Counted from the stretch's first letter, positions 13,691 through 27,826 are shown. The stretch is 64,000 bases of DNA from Octopus sinensis (GCF_006345805.1 NC_043002.1:101370001-101434000); one strand, 5' to 3'. The notes: generated from the sequence alone by a model not told the origin. Numbers and translations are program-made.

Positions 13691-14320
13691 GAAACGAACA
13701 TCTCAAGAAAACTTTAAAATACTACCCAAATACGTAAACACACCTTTTATTGCGACAACACAATTGAATTCAGAAATTCAAAAATTCGACGACGTGAATA
13801 TCAGAATATATATATATGTGTGTGTGTGTGTTGTGTGTGTGTGTGTGTGTGTGTATTTGCACGTGTGTGTGTGTATTATTATTATTGTTTTTTTTCTAAC
13901 AGGTTGAATTGCTTCTTTTCAAGGCAGCGCTCTCAGTAACCACTGGTAGAAGTAAACACACTTGACCTCTGCTGACCTGAAGGGTGCGAAGAGTTCTTTG
14001 TCTCTATGGCTGACCTCGCCACCATCTGCCGAATCTATTTATAGACCTGTAGAATATATGATGTATTCATCAAATTGCTACACAACTTTTCCCTAAAACA
14101 ATGGTGGTGGTGGTGGTGATAATAATAATATGTTGCAGTTGCTAATACTAAATACTACTAACTAAATTAACACTACAACTACTACTATTATGATAGCACA
14201 GGTATCTGAGGCCCAACTACCACCCTTACAACTACTCCCACCCAGGCAACTGCTGTTGTGCTGCAACCACAGCTGCTACTACACATAAAAGCAATAATAT
14301 CAGTGATATCAGTGATATCA

Positions 14321-14381
<61 letters not shown>

Positions 14382-14383
<2 letters not shown>

Positions 14384-14778
14384 GCCCTGATGCAGTACCG
14401 GGCAGTGGTTCTCGTGGCTGCGGATTTTAACTGATTGGAAGTGTCATCATGTACATTGCTTTGTCTTGGTATAAAAGATGGGCTGCAGCAAATATTCTGC
14501 TCAATACCACAGATTTGTTTGTTAGTTGTTTGACCTTAATCGGTTGAACATTTCCCTTAATGGCTAACGATATGTGCATCTCTGATCACGAGCAGGAGTA
14601 ATGGGTAGCATCATAGCCATGTGTTGAGAGGGATTCTTTGGGGTTTGAATAATTCACCTCTGGAAACATGGGTGTTTCGTTCAACATCCTTAAACAATCC
14701 TTAATCAGGGACTTTTTGAGCAGGATGGGTTATTCGAACAGAAGAAAATTCTAACTGGGCCCTACCTGCATGGCCATG
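14382..14778 (-). mobile_element. Probable non-LTR retroelement 3' end with (ATT)n tail (family unassigned)
   Basis: Complex sequence ending on the minus strand in ...ggtactgcatcagggcattt followed by (ATT)n at 14322-14381. Confidence 0.45.
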
Positions 14779-14779
14779 G

Positions 14780-15115
14780 TCAAAGAGACAATAAGCAACA
14801 TGAAAACAGAAGTACAAAACATAGTAAAGAAGAAATAGAGAAAATCTCTCCATGGCCAGTACCCTGAAAGGCTTAACAGAGATGTGAGCCTATGTAAAAG
14901 TCAATAATGCCTCAAAAGCTCTGGACTAAAAGCTGAATCGGAAGGACTGATTCTCACTGCATAAGTCCAATGCCTCGCTACGAACACTTATGGAAGCAAA
15001 ATAACGTATAAAGACACTAACACGAAATATAGAATGTGTAACCAGCACGATGTGTCAGTTGACCACATCGTCTCTGGTTGTTCAGTTCTTGACAAATCTG
15101 AGTATATATAAGATT
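14780..15115 (+). mobile_element. R4/Dong-type LINE fragment
   Basis: KSLHGQYPERL...LKSSGLKAESEGLILTA...MCNQHDVSVDHIVSGCSVLDKSEY. Confidence 0.8.
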
Positions 15116-15278
15116 AAGATTAATGTAAAAAATAAAACACACTGAAGCAAAATAACATCAAATATATAATGCGTGTGCTTTTATTGGCTAAACTGGCAAA
15201 ATGGCCATTCTGAAATACAACAATATCTGTTTCAACACACGACTTCACATAAAAAATCTTGCACACAAATATATAACG

Positions 15279-15337
<59 letters not shown>

Positions 15338-15339
15338 GA

Positions 15340-15770
15340 CACGACTGGGTAGTTAGCTAAATCCACTGGACACAACATTTTGTTTATAAGATGGGCTTCC
15401 ATTGTTCATGAAATCAACCCAACGCAACTGGAGTAATCTCAGGATTATGGAAGCCCGTTTTATAAACAAACTGAGACCAGCCATTCACAACAGGAAGGAA
15501 CTACACGGAGGAGACTGGCTGCTATAGTAACAGCAGTCCACGCATGTCAGCTTCTTCCTTCATCCCCTGCACTCCCCTACACACCTGAGCAACAACCTTT
15601 TCCAGCTATTGCTTTTCCGAATGTCCTGAAGGAGGAGGGGGTCTTCACCCCAAAATATTGAAACAAAACGTAAATCTGCAACGTTGTTCTGTCTTTTCAT
15701 TTGTACTTAACTTTCTACCTTCTCATTTTGTTCCAGCTTTATATAACTACATTGTTTAAAATATATACGT
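15340..15770 (+). mobile_element. Penelope-like remnant (GIY-YIG C-terminus plus 3' region)
   Basis: LRIMEARFINKLRPAIHNRKEL* (15438-15527) resembles the PLE endonuclease end. Decayed CTGAAG at ~15626. Flanked by TA repeats. Confidence 0.6.
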
Positions 15771-15824
15771 ATGTAGGCATCATAGTCTCTCTCACTCTCT
15801 CTTCCTCCCACTATCTCTTTCCCT

Positions 15825-15933
<109 letters not shown>

Positions 15934-16877
15934 TCATCTACGCATCAGAAGCGAGAAAATCCCTTACAACAGCATGAGCCAACGATTCGTTCAGCCTGCT
16001 GGAAATAGCAGCCAAATTTCTCTCACATCACACTAAACACTTAACAAAAGAAAAAAAAAGGACACAAAATTCTTCTATATGCTTTGTCTTTAAAATAATG
16101 AAGGGACGCTTTTGGCTGGAATGAATTTCGTTTAAGACTTGGCCTTGGGTTAAATTAGAATATGTTGTTTCAATGATAATATCACTGACAAAACCCGAAA
16201 TAGCACAACAAAAATTATCCACAGTTGCACGAAAAATAGCAGCCACGCTAGCAACAACAGTGAGAGCATCAACAATTAAAACCAGCAAAAGCAACAGAAT
16301 GAAGCAGAAAAGAGGAAGAAAACAAAACAACATCAACAACAGAAGCAACAACGTTAACAATAATAGTAAGTGTAAGGTTTAAAAACACATACACACAAGC
16401 AATAATAAACGCACAGATATGCATATACACTCACACACATATACGCATTAACCCACATACGCACGCACACTCTCGCAGTGTTGGTGGGTGTTGAACATAA
16501 CTAACAAACATTGGTGCAATTTTCAATCTGTGCCAACCAATCAAAGAATGGCGGCAAGATGGAATTCCTCAGCTGAAATGATTCACTTTGACATATTAAT
16601 GGATGTTTGATAGGAAAACGACTTGAGGGTAATCTTCTTAGCCGTGTTATCTCTCTGATAGTTCTGCGATTCTTACCGACATTTTTGCCGGAATCAGGAT
16701 TGCAACATCAAAACCTGGCAGCAATCATTTTAAAGAGTTTCCTCAGAATATAATTTCACTAACAGTTCCGCCATATTGTTATATTTGCATTTCAACAACT
16801 TTTACAAAACATTTCTACTTCGAACCGAAACGCAAGTGAAACGAAAAAGTACTCGACTTGCTTAAAGCATGAACTTC

Positions 16878-17462
16878 TATATGTATGCATGCATGTATAG
16901 CTATATCTGTATGTATGTATGTATGTATGTATGTATGTATGTATGTATGTATGTATGTATGTATGTATGTAGTATGTATGTATGTATGCATACAAGCGTG
17001 CAAGCATGCATGCATGCATGTATGTTTGTATGAATGTGTATGTATTTATGCAAGAGTGCAAGCATGCATGCATGTATGTATTATGTATGTATCTATGTGT
17101 GTTTGTATGTATGTATGAATGTATATATATGTATTAATGAATGTATATATGTATATTTGTATGAATGAATGTATATATGCATGAATGCATGTATGTATGT
17201 GTGAATGGATGTACGTATGTATGAATGTATGTATGTGTGGTTGTATGAATGTATATTTGCATAAATGTATGTAAGTATGCATGTTTGTACGTATGTATGA
17301 ATATATGCATGCATCAATGTATGTATATATGTATGAATATGTGTATGTAACTATGCATGTGTGTATGTATGTATATTTGTATGAACGTATGTATGTAAGC
17401 ATTTACGTTTGTATGCATATACGTATGTATGTATATATATATATGCATTTATGTATGTATGT
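16878..17462. repeat. Degenerate (ATGT)n tract
   Basis: Directly visible. Confidence 0.9.
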
Positions 17463-17812
17463 GAGCGTGGCCGAATAATTACCGATTTCGCTTCGCAACC
17501 TCGACATACCTGCAACGATCCCACTGCTAGCATCTTTGGCAAATGTTATTTTCTATCACCTCGGATCTATTTGTGAGCAAACTGTGTTTCAGAAATGTTG
17601 CGATAAGGCCGTCAAACTGATTGTAGTTGCAATAGTGACAGATTGTGTCACAAAATTAGCGCACACAGTATAACGAAAAGTATTAGGTTAAGGACAAAGT
17701 TTTGTGCAGAATATTCAGCTACTCCATAAGTAATTAATGAAGGTGATGAAAAGAAACTGAGTCATAATCGTCGAAACTGATGGACCACGTTCTCGCGTTC
17801 ATGTTTGGATTA

Positions 17813-18356
17813 ACTATATATATATATATATATAGACGATATAGTGTATATTTATACACATAAGGAATCCACACTTAGGATGATATTCAACACATTAGAT
17901 AACCACAAAAATAATAGATAAAATTCGACAGGAATAAATTTGGAAATGATAAACATTCACCATTTAATACCCTGGACTAAATTGGTTTCTGATCTTCTTT
18001 TAGCAAGTCGAGGGAACTCGCAAGGTCTGATCTTCTTCGGCGAGGTCTAACCTGGGGTTAAAACATATAAGACAGAAGACAAGGACTGCTACCTGTCTAC
18101 TGTCTATACGAAGTAACTTTTCAAATTTTTCTGCGCAATCGCAGTCCTACCGTTGGCTACAATAAACCGCCAACTAAAGGAAGATCAGAAACCAATTTGG
18201 TCCGTGGTATTAAATGGTAATTGTTTTTCATTTCCAAATTTATTCCTCTCGAATTTTATCTATTATTTTTTGGTTATCTAATGTGTTGAATCTCACCCTA
18301 AGTGTGGATTCCTTATATGTATAAATATACACTTTATCGTATAACTAATATATAGT
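17813..18356. mobile_element. Inverted-repeat element (~165-bp arms), likely inverted Penelope pLTR pair
   Basis: 17835-17998 is the reverse complement of 18179-18340 with few mismatches. The arms carry a GAAAccaattt(a/g)gTC hammerhead-like half. Confidence 0.7.
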
Positions 18357-18455
18357 CTTCTTGACTAATTTTTTTGCACGTTAGACCACTGGAAATGTAA
18401 ATTTTGATTGAATATTTTAAATTTAATTAAATTCCATTTCCCTTTTGATATGATA

Positions 18456-18493
<38 letters not shown>

Positions 18494-18525
18494 TTGTATA
18501 TGTATATTTATATATATATATACAT

Positions 18526-18915
18526 AGGTAGAGGACTGCCTGTGTCGTAAGAAGCTTGCTTCTCAAAAACATGATTTCGGATTTAGTCCCAATGCATGGC
18601 AACTTGGGCAAGTGTTTTCTACTGTAGCCTCGGGGTGGCCAAAGCTATGTTAGTGGATTTGGTAAGCGGAAACCGAAACAAGCCCGTCGTATATATATAT
18701 ATGCATGTGTGTGTGTGTGTGTGTGTTTGCCCCTCAGTATCGCTTGACAACGATGTTGTGTTTACGTCATCGTAACTTAACGGGAACCGAGTCCGATAGA
18801 ATAAGTACTAGGCTTACAAAGAATAAGTCCTGGGGTCGATTTGTTCGACTAAAAGCGGTGCTCCAGCATGGCCGCACTCAAATGACTGGAACGAATAAAA
18901 GAATTAAAGAATAAA
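18526..18915 (+). mobile_element. tRNA-derived SINE family B
   Basis: Matches the copy at 62998-63395: head, ttgggcaagtgt core, internal TA/TG repeat, and ggcggtgctccagcatggcc tail. Confidence 0.9.
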
Positions 18916-18949
18916 TAGATATGTGTTTCCCCTACACGACACAGCCAAA

Positions 18950-19280
18950 CTTACAGAGGAGTGTATAGCATTATCCATAAAAATACTTCATTATTAAGGC
19001 AAAATCTCAAAACGAAAACATTCCACTGGAACTACACAAAATAATCAAAAGTTAAGAGGCAGCCAAAATCTTAATCCCGTACTAATTAATTCCAAATTAG
19101 TTGCTGAAAGAACAACCACAACTGAAAAGTTGGTTCGCTCGAACAGTGGAATCCGCATTAATCTTACAAAAGATACTTCTTTATAATTTTAGATCATAAA
19201 AGATATTCAGCGTGGAAAAGAAAAAAAAAAACTTCATTTCTTCGTCCCCAAAATTAATTTATGCTTGATGATGAAACGGT
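18950..19280 (+). mobile_element. Possible Penelope-like remnant
   Basis: IIKS/KRQPKS linker-like motif and a EK..NFI...PKL end-like motif; heavily decayed. Confidence 0.35.
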
Positions 19281-19289
19281 TATCTTATA

Positions 19290-19515
19290 TCCTTTATCTT
19301 TTACCTGCTTAGGTCATTTGACTGTGGCCAGACTGGGGCAACGCCTTGAAGAATCTTTAGTCGAATTGAATCAACCCGATTAATTTTTCCCCTTAAGCTT
19401 AGTACTTATCCTAGCGGTCTCTTTGCGGAACCGCTCAGTTGCGGGAACGTAAACACACGAACATCGGTTGTCAAGAGGTAGTGAGGGACAAACACTGACA
19501 CAAAGGCACGCACAT

Positions 19516-19565
<50 letters not shown>

Positions 19566-19702
19566 CGAGCTTCTTCGAGTTTCCATCTACCAAATCCATT
19601 CACAAGGTTTTGGTCGGCCCAAGGTCATAATAGAAGACACCTTCCCAAGGTGCCACGCAGCAGGACTGAACCTAGAATCATGTGTTTGGAAAGCAAATTT
19701 CT
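19290..19702 (-). mobile_element. SINE family B (5' end truncated)
   Basis: Reverse complement of the family B consensus. Confidence 0.9.
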
Positions 19703-20205
19703 AAAGGGAAAACGAAATATAATTTGAGAAACAGAGAAGACATTCCTATACAACAAATATAAGTTTCAAATACCGAGACAAATCCCATGAGCAAATTTTT
19801 CGAATTATGTACAACGAGCAAATCATCAAAGTGGAATGTCTTTCCATTTTACTTTTGTCTTGACTCAAAAACTCATAAAATGCGGACATGATTATGAAAA
19901 TTACAAACCACGACTGTATATATGCTATAGCATCTTATCAAAACAGTATACTAAGCAACCACTAAACCACCAAGGTATTACAATCTTTTGGTCCACACTT
20001 TTACAGACAAACGCTTTATACACGAATACAGAGATGCAAACTTACAATCACTTGTAGTCCATACCATTTCATGACACATTCATAGGACTAACAAGACCTC
20101 AACTTGGATGCGAAGGTGAAGTAGAGCTAACCAAATTTAGTGACTTATCTCGTGAATATTTTCGTCCAGTCAAACGTAAATTACCTGACGGTATTTTGAA
20201 ACTAA

Positions 20206-20437
20206 AGGCGGCGAGCTAGCAGAATCGTTAGCACGTCGGGCGAAATGCTTAGCGGTATTTCGGCTGCCGTTACGTTGTGAGTTCAAATTCTGCCTAGGTC
20301 GACTTTGCCTTTCATCCTTTTGGGGTCGATAAATTAAGTACCAGTTAAGCACTGGGGTCGATATAATCGACTTAATACCTATGTCTGTCCATGTTTGTCT
20401 CCTCTATGTTTAGCCCCTTGTGGGTAATAAAGAAATA
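20206..20437 (+). mobile_element. SINE family A, full length, 13-bp TSD
   Basis: A-box/B-box (gagttcaaattc) head; gcctttcatccttt.ggggtcgataaattaagtacc core (resembles the Meta-SINE domain, from recall). TSD ggtattttgaaac at 20190-20202 and 20438-20450. Confidence 0.92.
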
Positions 20438-20685
20438 GGTATTTTGAAACATATTGAAAAAAAAAAATATTTAGCAAAAATTTTCACACTCTGTCCAAAG
20501 TCGTGACAAATATGAAATAGCTGCATCTCCATCTCATAACTACGTTCCAAAATCATGATTTTGCAATACTAATTAATCAAATGTAAATCATTTTTATTGA
20601 AGACGCCAAGAACAGTTTAATTTTTTTCTCTTTATTATCTGTAATGTGTGTGTGTTCGTGTGTCTGTGTGTGTGTGTGTGTGTGT

Positions 20686-21065
20686 GGAGGCGCAATGGCC
20701 CGGTGGTTACGGCAGCGGACTCGCGGTCGTAGGATCGCGGTTTCGATTCCCAGACCGGGCATTGTGAGTTTTTATTGAGCGAAAACACCTAAAGCTCCAC
20801 GAAGCTCCGGTAGCGGGTGGTGGCGAACCCTGCTCTGCTCTTCCACCACAACTTTCTCTCACTCTTTCTTCCTGTTTCTCTTGTACCTGTATTTCAAAGG
20901 GCCAGCCTTGTCACACTCTGTGTCACGCTGAATCTCCTCGAGAACTACGTTAAGGGGACACGTGTCTGTGTTATGCTCAGCCACTTGCACGTTAATTCCA
21001 CGAGCAAGCTGTTCCGTTGATCGTATCATCTGGGACCGTCATCGTCATAACCGACGGAGTGCTCC
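20686..21065 (+). mobile_element. tRNA-derived SINE family C, full length
   Basis: tRNA-like head (tggcccggtggtta...gtttcgattcc) and ctcagccacttgcacgttaa body; near-identical to 42738-43122 and 45569-45948. Confidence 0.92.
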
Positions 21066-21108
21066 TATAAAGGTGTGTGTGTGTGTGCATTTGTTGAGCA
21101 GAAAACTT

Positions 21109-21144
<36 letters not shown>

Positions 21145-21339
21145 GGAAGTGAGTTTCCGATGTAATATAGTATATTGAGGCTGGTTCAATATTTATTGCC
21201 CAACGACAAATGAAGCTAGAAGCACAGATAAGAAGACAGTAATTTGCTATTTCTAGCATGTCATGTGACCACGCAAAGTCCTCCTGTTGGCTTTCTTAAA
21301 AAATTTAGTGCTGGAATAGGAAGGAGAAAAAATGAGACA

Positions 21340-21437
<98 letters not shown>

Positions 21438-21545
21438 TATTATTATTATTATTATTCTTATTATAATTATAATGATAATACTAAGAAGAAGAATAAGGAG
21501 AAGAGGAGGTGGAGGAGGGGGAGGTAGAAGAAGAAGAAGAAGAAA
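21340..21545. repeat. (TAA)n then (AGA/GGA)n microsatellite
   Basis: Directly visible. Confidence 0.95.
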
Positions 21546-22263
21546 TTGAATGTAAAAGGTGATAAGGATATCTGTATGAGCAAGTAGTGATTTGCAGTTG
21601 GATTTAATTAGCCAGTATTATATATTGACTTTGAATTGAGACAGACATACTGGCCTCATAGGTTCGTTTAAATGAGACGTAATGATCGCATGGCGAGGAA
21701 AATCCGTAGAGTATGAAATTCTTTGAAATATTTTGATCGTGTCATGAAATTTATTGTGTAAAATCTGGTTAAACTTCTACCAAATCTATTCCACCCTGTT
21801 CGGAAATGAATGAATGAATGAATAAATAAATTGAATAAAATTAAAATCAGTAAAAATATTTGAAAGTTAACGGTTTGTAAACAAATGCTAGTTTGAAGAG
21901 GAAATCTCAATTAAAGATTATAAACTCGACTAAGATAAACAAAAAATGAATTAAAAATCTGTTAATGGGCGCAGACACGTTGTATGATGAAGAAATTTGT
22001 TTCAAAAGTACGCAGACCGTGATTAGATCTCACCATGCACGAATTTCTACTCAGCTCGACGAACGGTGTTTCGTAGGAGGAAACTGTGTGCACGAACGTC
22101 TGAAGAACGGTTTCTGTTCTTCTTCAATGACACAATTCTTCACATGGCTTTTCACCATCACTACTACCATCAACACCGTCACCATCACCAACAACCACCA
22201 CCACCGCCCACTTCACCGCCCCCCATAACCAACAACAACTCTGCAACTAATTACTACAAACAT

Positions 22264-22608
22264 TCGTGACGACGAGGGTTCCAGTTGATCCGATCAACGG
22301 AACAGCCTGCTCGTGAAATTAACGTGCAAGTGGCTGAGCACTCCACAGACATGTGTACCCTTAACGTAATACTCGGGGTGATTCAGCGTGACACACAGTG
22401 TGACAAGGTTGGCCCCTTTTGAAATACAAGTACAACAGAAACAGGAAGAAAGAGTGAGAGAAAGTTGTGGTGGAAGAGCAGAGCAGGGTTCGCCACCACC
22501 TGCTGCCGGAGCCTCGTGGAGCTTTAGGTGTTTTCGCTCAATAAACACTCACAACGCCCGGTCTGGGAATCGAAACTGCGATCCTACGACTGGGTCATTG
22601 TGCCTCCA
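22264..22608 (-). mobile_element. SINE family C
   Basis: Reverse complement of 20686-21065. Confidence 0.92.
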
Positions 22609-22924
22609 CACTACATCCACAAAACAAAACACTCACTACACACAATGTTACCAGTCCTACCACCACTCTCAACATTATGACCTTTATCACTCTAGCCACC
22701 ACCACAACAAACAATACCCTTCAGTAATATCACCATCGATACCACAACCCTAATTTTCACCAACGGCTCCAGAACCACTAACCCTAACTACGACCCTAAA
22801 CACTGCTACCTCACACAACAAAACTGCATCCGCCAGCACCACCGCTACAACCACCTACACTGCCGTCACCGATACAACCAACGACACATAACACCAACAC
22901 CACAATCAACATCACCATATACCT

Positions 22925-23790
22925 TGTGAACCTCATTTCTTACTGGAATTTGCTGTGCGTAAAACCTGGAGAGAGATCTGCGTTGTGTGTATAACTTTTG
23001 TTCTTTTACAAACTACAAAGGCTCCGAAAGCATAACTTGCACTACCATCAGATATTGCAACTGACTACCTCAACCTAGAGACCTAAAAAACCTCGGAGAA
23101 GATCTCGTTAGTATGATATATAAAAGTTTTTAAAAACTATAAAAACAGTTCCCAAAAGGATACATGCTGAACACATGTTTAAGTGTCCTTTGTATTTGCT
23201 GACGAAATCAACAAATCTTTACATAACAAAGGCCTCTGCAAAACACTTCCGCTGAACAGCGTATTGAAAAGATTAAAAAGCAAAGCTCACCAAATGCAAC
23301 ACACTTCTCAGTAGAGCGGCACAGAAATAAACAGATTTACAGAGAGAAGATAGCACAGGTAAAGATAACCATACGTGACGAAGTAAAACTATACGACTAA
23401 AACCCCTTCCCAACCGATCATAGATATCAGAAGATATTCTTAAAAGCAATACAAGTCCTAGCAAAAGATGTTCCCGCAACGAAACGATATATGCGATCCA
23501 AACTTTAAACTATAAAGAACCATAAATTATAAAAAACAAAAAATGCTTACAATCTAAATCTACAACAAATGCAACTGAAATGCGGTGATCACAACAATAC
23601 CTGTTAAGTAAAAATTGTTTGGGAAGGAGAAAATGCATAAGATTATGCAGAATTACATAAGAAACAAAACGACAAAGTTTTATATTGGTGTTAGAGTCAG
23701 ACTATTCAAAGAAAGAGACAAGAAATCCAAATCTACAGAAAAAAATCACGTCTCTAACGAAGACCGTTTCTGGTAGCTAGTAACAGAACC
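22925..23790 (+). mobile_element. Penelope-like retroelement remnant (RT C-terminus to GIY-YIG)
   Basis: CN...PV..NCL Cys linker followed by KFYIGVRVRLFKER (~23675-23720), a YIG motif; decayed. Confidence 0.55.
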
Positions 23791-24165
23791 CCATCTCCTC
23801 CTCCTCCTCATATCTACTACTACTACTACTACTACTACAAGACATAGGGAGTAAGGTGTTCCACTCACGATAGTTAGATTGTGGTTTCGATTCCTGAACT
23901 GGGTGGTGTGTTGTGTTCTTGAACAAAATCCGTCATTTAAAGTTGCTCCAGTAGACTCAACTGTAAAAGAGAAACTCTGCGACGGACTGGCGCTTGGTCG
24001 GAAGAGAATATTGTGATGTCGGTCATTTGTGCACCAATGAATCTAGGTAACCGTTCCTGGAAGTCCAAAGACTCGAGACAGAAATATCCACGTATGGATG
24101 ACGGTGGTGACGATGATGATGGTGTTGAGAACGAGGTCAACAACAACAACGATCACAAACAGTGC

Positions 24166-24225
<60 letters not shown>

Positions 24226-24699
24226 ATGTTATAGGATATGCATTGTCCTCAGCGCAAGTATTTCTAAAGTTGTAATACTGAAATAAAAGTGCGTTAAGAA
24301 GGATGAGGACCGTAGCTAAGAAACCAGTTTATTTGGTCTGCGTGTAAGGTTGTCCCTTGCTACATTTTGTATGCTTTTGTATGGCCAAGAACTTGCTTAC
24401 TTCAGACTCTTGCGTCAGGAAATTTCTCCGATTCATTTCAAAGAATTTTCGGGTCAGAAAGAGTGACGATAACTTTCATCGTCAGTTTGGTCAGGCATAT
24501 TCCATGATGTGTGTACCCACGTCATCGTCAGCTGAAGCGTTTGGTAGATGTAGTTATCTACTAGTTTCAACTTTGAAGTGTCAATGTATAATGCTTAGTT
24601 GTCATAGTTGCCGATTCAATCGTGTCAGTGAACCTTTGATTTCGGGGTCAACTATCTCATTGAACTGAATGATTAACCTGCACTTCATGATAATAATAA

Positions 24700-24752
<53 letters not shown>

Positions 24753-24790
24753 TTAATAATAATAATAATAATATAATAATAATAATAATG

Positions 24791-24831
<41 letters not shown>

Positions 24832-24833
<2 letters not shown>

Positions 24834-26200
24834 CACTATATGAACTAACCAAAATAGACAGGAATACAAGAAAAATGATGACAGGATCTAGGATGCACCA
24901 CCCCAAATCTGACATAGAAAGGCTATATATATATATATATATATATATACAACGTATAGAAGGTGGTAGAGGCCTTATACAGCTGGAAAACTATTATACA
25001 ATAACCACCATAGGACTGCAAAAATACCTACTTCAGAAGCAAGGAAAACTAATACAAATAGCCACAAAACACGAACGAAACAAAACAAAAAAAATGTTCT
25101 CAGTATTTAAGGAAAATGACAAATACAAACAATAAATCATACCACCTAACAAATATGAAGAAGAGGAAGAGGAGGACGAAGAAGAAGAAGAAGAAGAAGA
25201 AGAAGAAGAAGAAGAAGAAGAAGAAGAAGAAGAAGAAGAAGAAGAAGAAGAAGAAGAAGAAGAAGAAGAAGAAGAAAAGCTATAAAACAAATGAAATCCA
25301 AACTAAAATTTGAACAGCAACGAACCATGATAAAACGATGGCAAGAAAAGTTCCTTCATAGTAAATACTGGACTAAACTAAATGCAAAAGAAATAGACAA
25401 AGAAAAATCCCAGCAATGTTTGAGAAGCTCAGGACTCAAAGCAGAGACAGAAGGATTTTTAATTGCAGCACAAGACCAAAGCCTCCCCACCAGAAATTAC
25501 CAAAAACATGTAATGAAAAGAAATATAACAAGTAACTGCAGAAATTGTGGAGATGGACAAGAAACAATAAATCATATTATCTCTGGCTGCCTAGTCCTGG
25601 CTAAGAAGGAACATATTCACAGACACGACAGAGTTGGGACCTACATACACTGGAAGCTATGCCAACACTATGGAATAACAACAGAAAAAAGATGGTATAG
25701 GCACACTCTAGAAAAAATCGTAGAAAATGAGAAAGCATCCATTCTTTGGGATAATCCAATTCACTCAGATAGAGAAATTAAGGTCAACAGGCCAGATATT
25801 GTTGTCAGAGATCATGAAGAAAAAAATGCTTTCTAATTGATATATCAATACCAGCAGATGATAACGTGTCTCTAAAAGAAATGGGGAAACTTTCAAAATA
25901 CAAAGACCTGGAAATTGAGATAACTCGAATGTGGAATCCAAAATCAGAGATAATTCCTATCATAGTAAGCGCATTAGGTATGATAAAAAAATATTCAGAC
26001 AAATACATAAAAAAAGACACCAGGACTTACAAATACATATAACATACAGAAAATTGCATTACTGGGCACTGCACGCATCCTACGCAAAACACTTCCAATA
26101 CAGTAACCATCAGAGCATCACAGCAAACCACAGCAAATACCCAAGGCACACAGAGCTGCGCTCGGTAGTGAAGTGAAAGCATGCTATAAAAATAAAACTA

Positions 26201-26205
<5 letters not shown>
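24832..26205 (+). mobile_element. 5'-truncated R4/Dong non-LTR retrotransposon (thumb, CCHC, RLE endonuclease) inside (TAA)n
   Basis: IDRNTRKMMT..MHHPKSDIERLY..GGRGL; LHSKYW; AAQDQ; CRNC..HIISGC; RHD; WD..RPDI..IDISIP..KYKDL. (TAA)n lies on both sides (24688-24830, 26203-26268). Confidence 0.93.
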
Positions 26206-26269
<64 letters not shown>

Positions 26270-26799
26270 CACGTTGTCGCACATTTTGGGAAGTGATTCA
26301 GTTGATTACATCATTACATATATATGGCTAAAATCCAGACTTTTGAGTGTGGAACGCAAAAAGTGACAGTCGATGAGGGAGAGATTCGATCACAGAGTGT
26401 CGACGTCGATGGGAATACAAGAAGCATAAGAAGCGGAAGATAATTTGTACCAGCATAAAATCAATTCTTCCATTCCATTGTATAACGCTATCGAGTCGGA
26501 AGGAAGAAATGTCGAAGAGGAGAGAGAAGACCGTGAAATAAAGAAGGTGTTGGTGATATTTCACTTGCTACCTCGTTGATTGTTTATTAGAGCAGACACC
26601 ACAGCATCAACACACAAACACACATCACAGACATACACACACACAAATGCATACACACATGTAAACACTCATGCACCGAAAGGCACAGGTATAGATACAT
26701 CAGGACTTAAATATGTATATACATGCGTGCGTATATACACGCGCGCATATCTATGTTGCATATATATGCAAACGTATGTGATTATGTATGCGTTATATT

Positions 26800-26877
26800 T
26801 ATACATATATGTATAACATTATGTATGTATCTATCTATATATATCTATATATGCGTGTATATATATATGTATATACG

Positions 26878-26915
<38 letters not shown>

Positions 26916-27605
26916 TGTATATATATGTATATATATATATATGTATATATATATATGTATATATATATATGTATATATATATATATGTATATATTATGTA
27001 TATATATGTATATATATATGTATATATATATATATGTATATATATATGTATATATATATATGTATATATATATATGTATATATATGTATATATATAACGT
27101 GCACCCACGCACACATATACTGCCTGCCACACACATAGAACCTCTCGCACCCGCTTATACACACACACGCATGTACTGGTAGTCTTTGTATGACTGTGAT
27201 GTTTGAAAACGACTAATGTCCCTCATATAATTTATAGACTGGATAGGTATTTAATTGAATTTGCTTCTCATATATTTGCTTCTTGTTCTTCTTTGGGAAT
27301 TTATTTGGCGTCAAATCATGACTCCCTGTCTTAGCAAATGGTCAATTATCAGGCAATTTATTCCTTCTCTGCGTTTTTGGTTGCTTGTTTTTTTTTTTTT
27401 TAGTGTGTGTTTGTGTGTGTGTGTGTTTTTGTTTCTTTTTTTTTTTTGTTTGTTTGTATATATGTTTGCGTGTTTTAGTTTGAAACTAAATGCTTCAGCG
27501 CCGAAAACGTTGTCAGTGTTGTTGTTGTTATTCTTCTGCGGTTTTTATTTTAGGGGTATAACGTAGTGGCAAGACAGTATGAGAATAAGAGCGAGAGATC
27601 GAACA

Positions 27606-27641
<36 letters not shown>

Positions 27642-27791
27642 AGAAAGTGAGAGATAATCAGAAGTATATACGCTTATATATGTATGTGCCTGTGTGTGTT
27701 TGTATGTGTTTGTGTGCATATATATATATATATATGCATATATGCATATATATATATATATATATGCATATACATACATATATATGCATAT

Positions 27792-27826
<35 letters not shown>

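Noticed and set aside
13890-14000. Possible host exon after the strong acceptor tttttttctaacag|G
   Set aside because: No convincing donor, recognisable peptide or partner exons; needs RNA-seq.
16520-16580. CCAAT/YY1-like promoter motifs, and CTGAGGA...GAAA on the minus strand
   Set aside because: Short motifs expected by chance; the hammerhead fold lacks stem I and the A15.1-U16.1 pair.
20686-20760. tRNA gene
   Set aside because: It is the tRNA-derived head of SINE family C, continuous with the SINE body in several copies.
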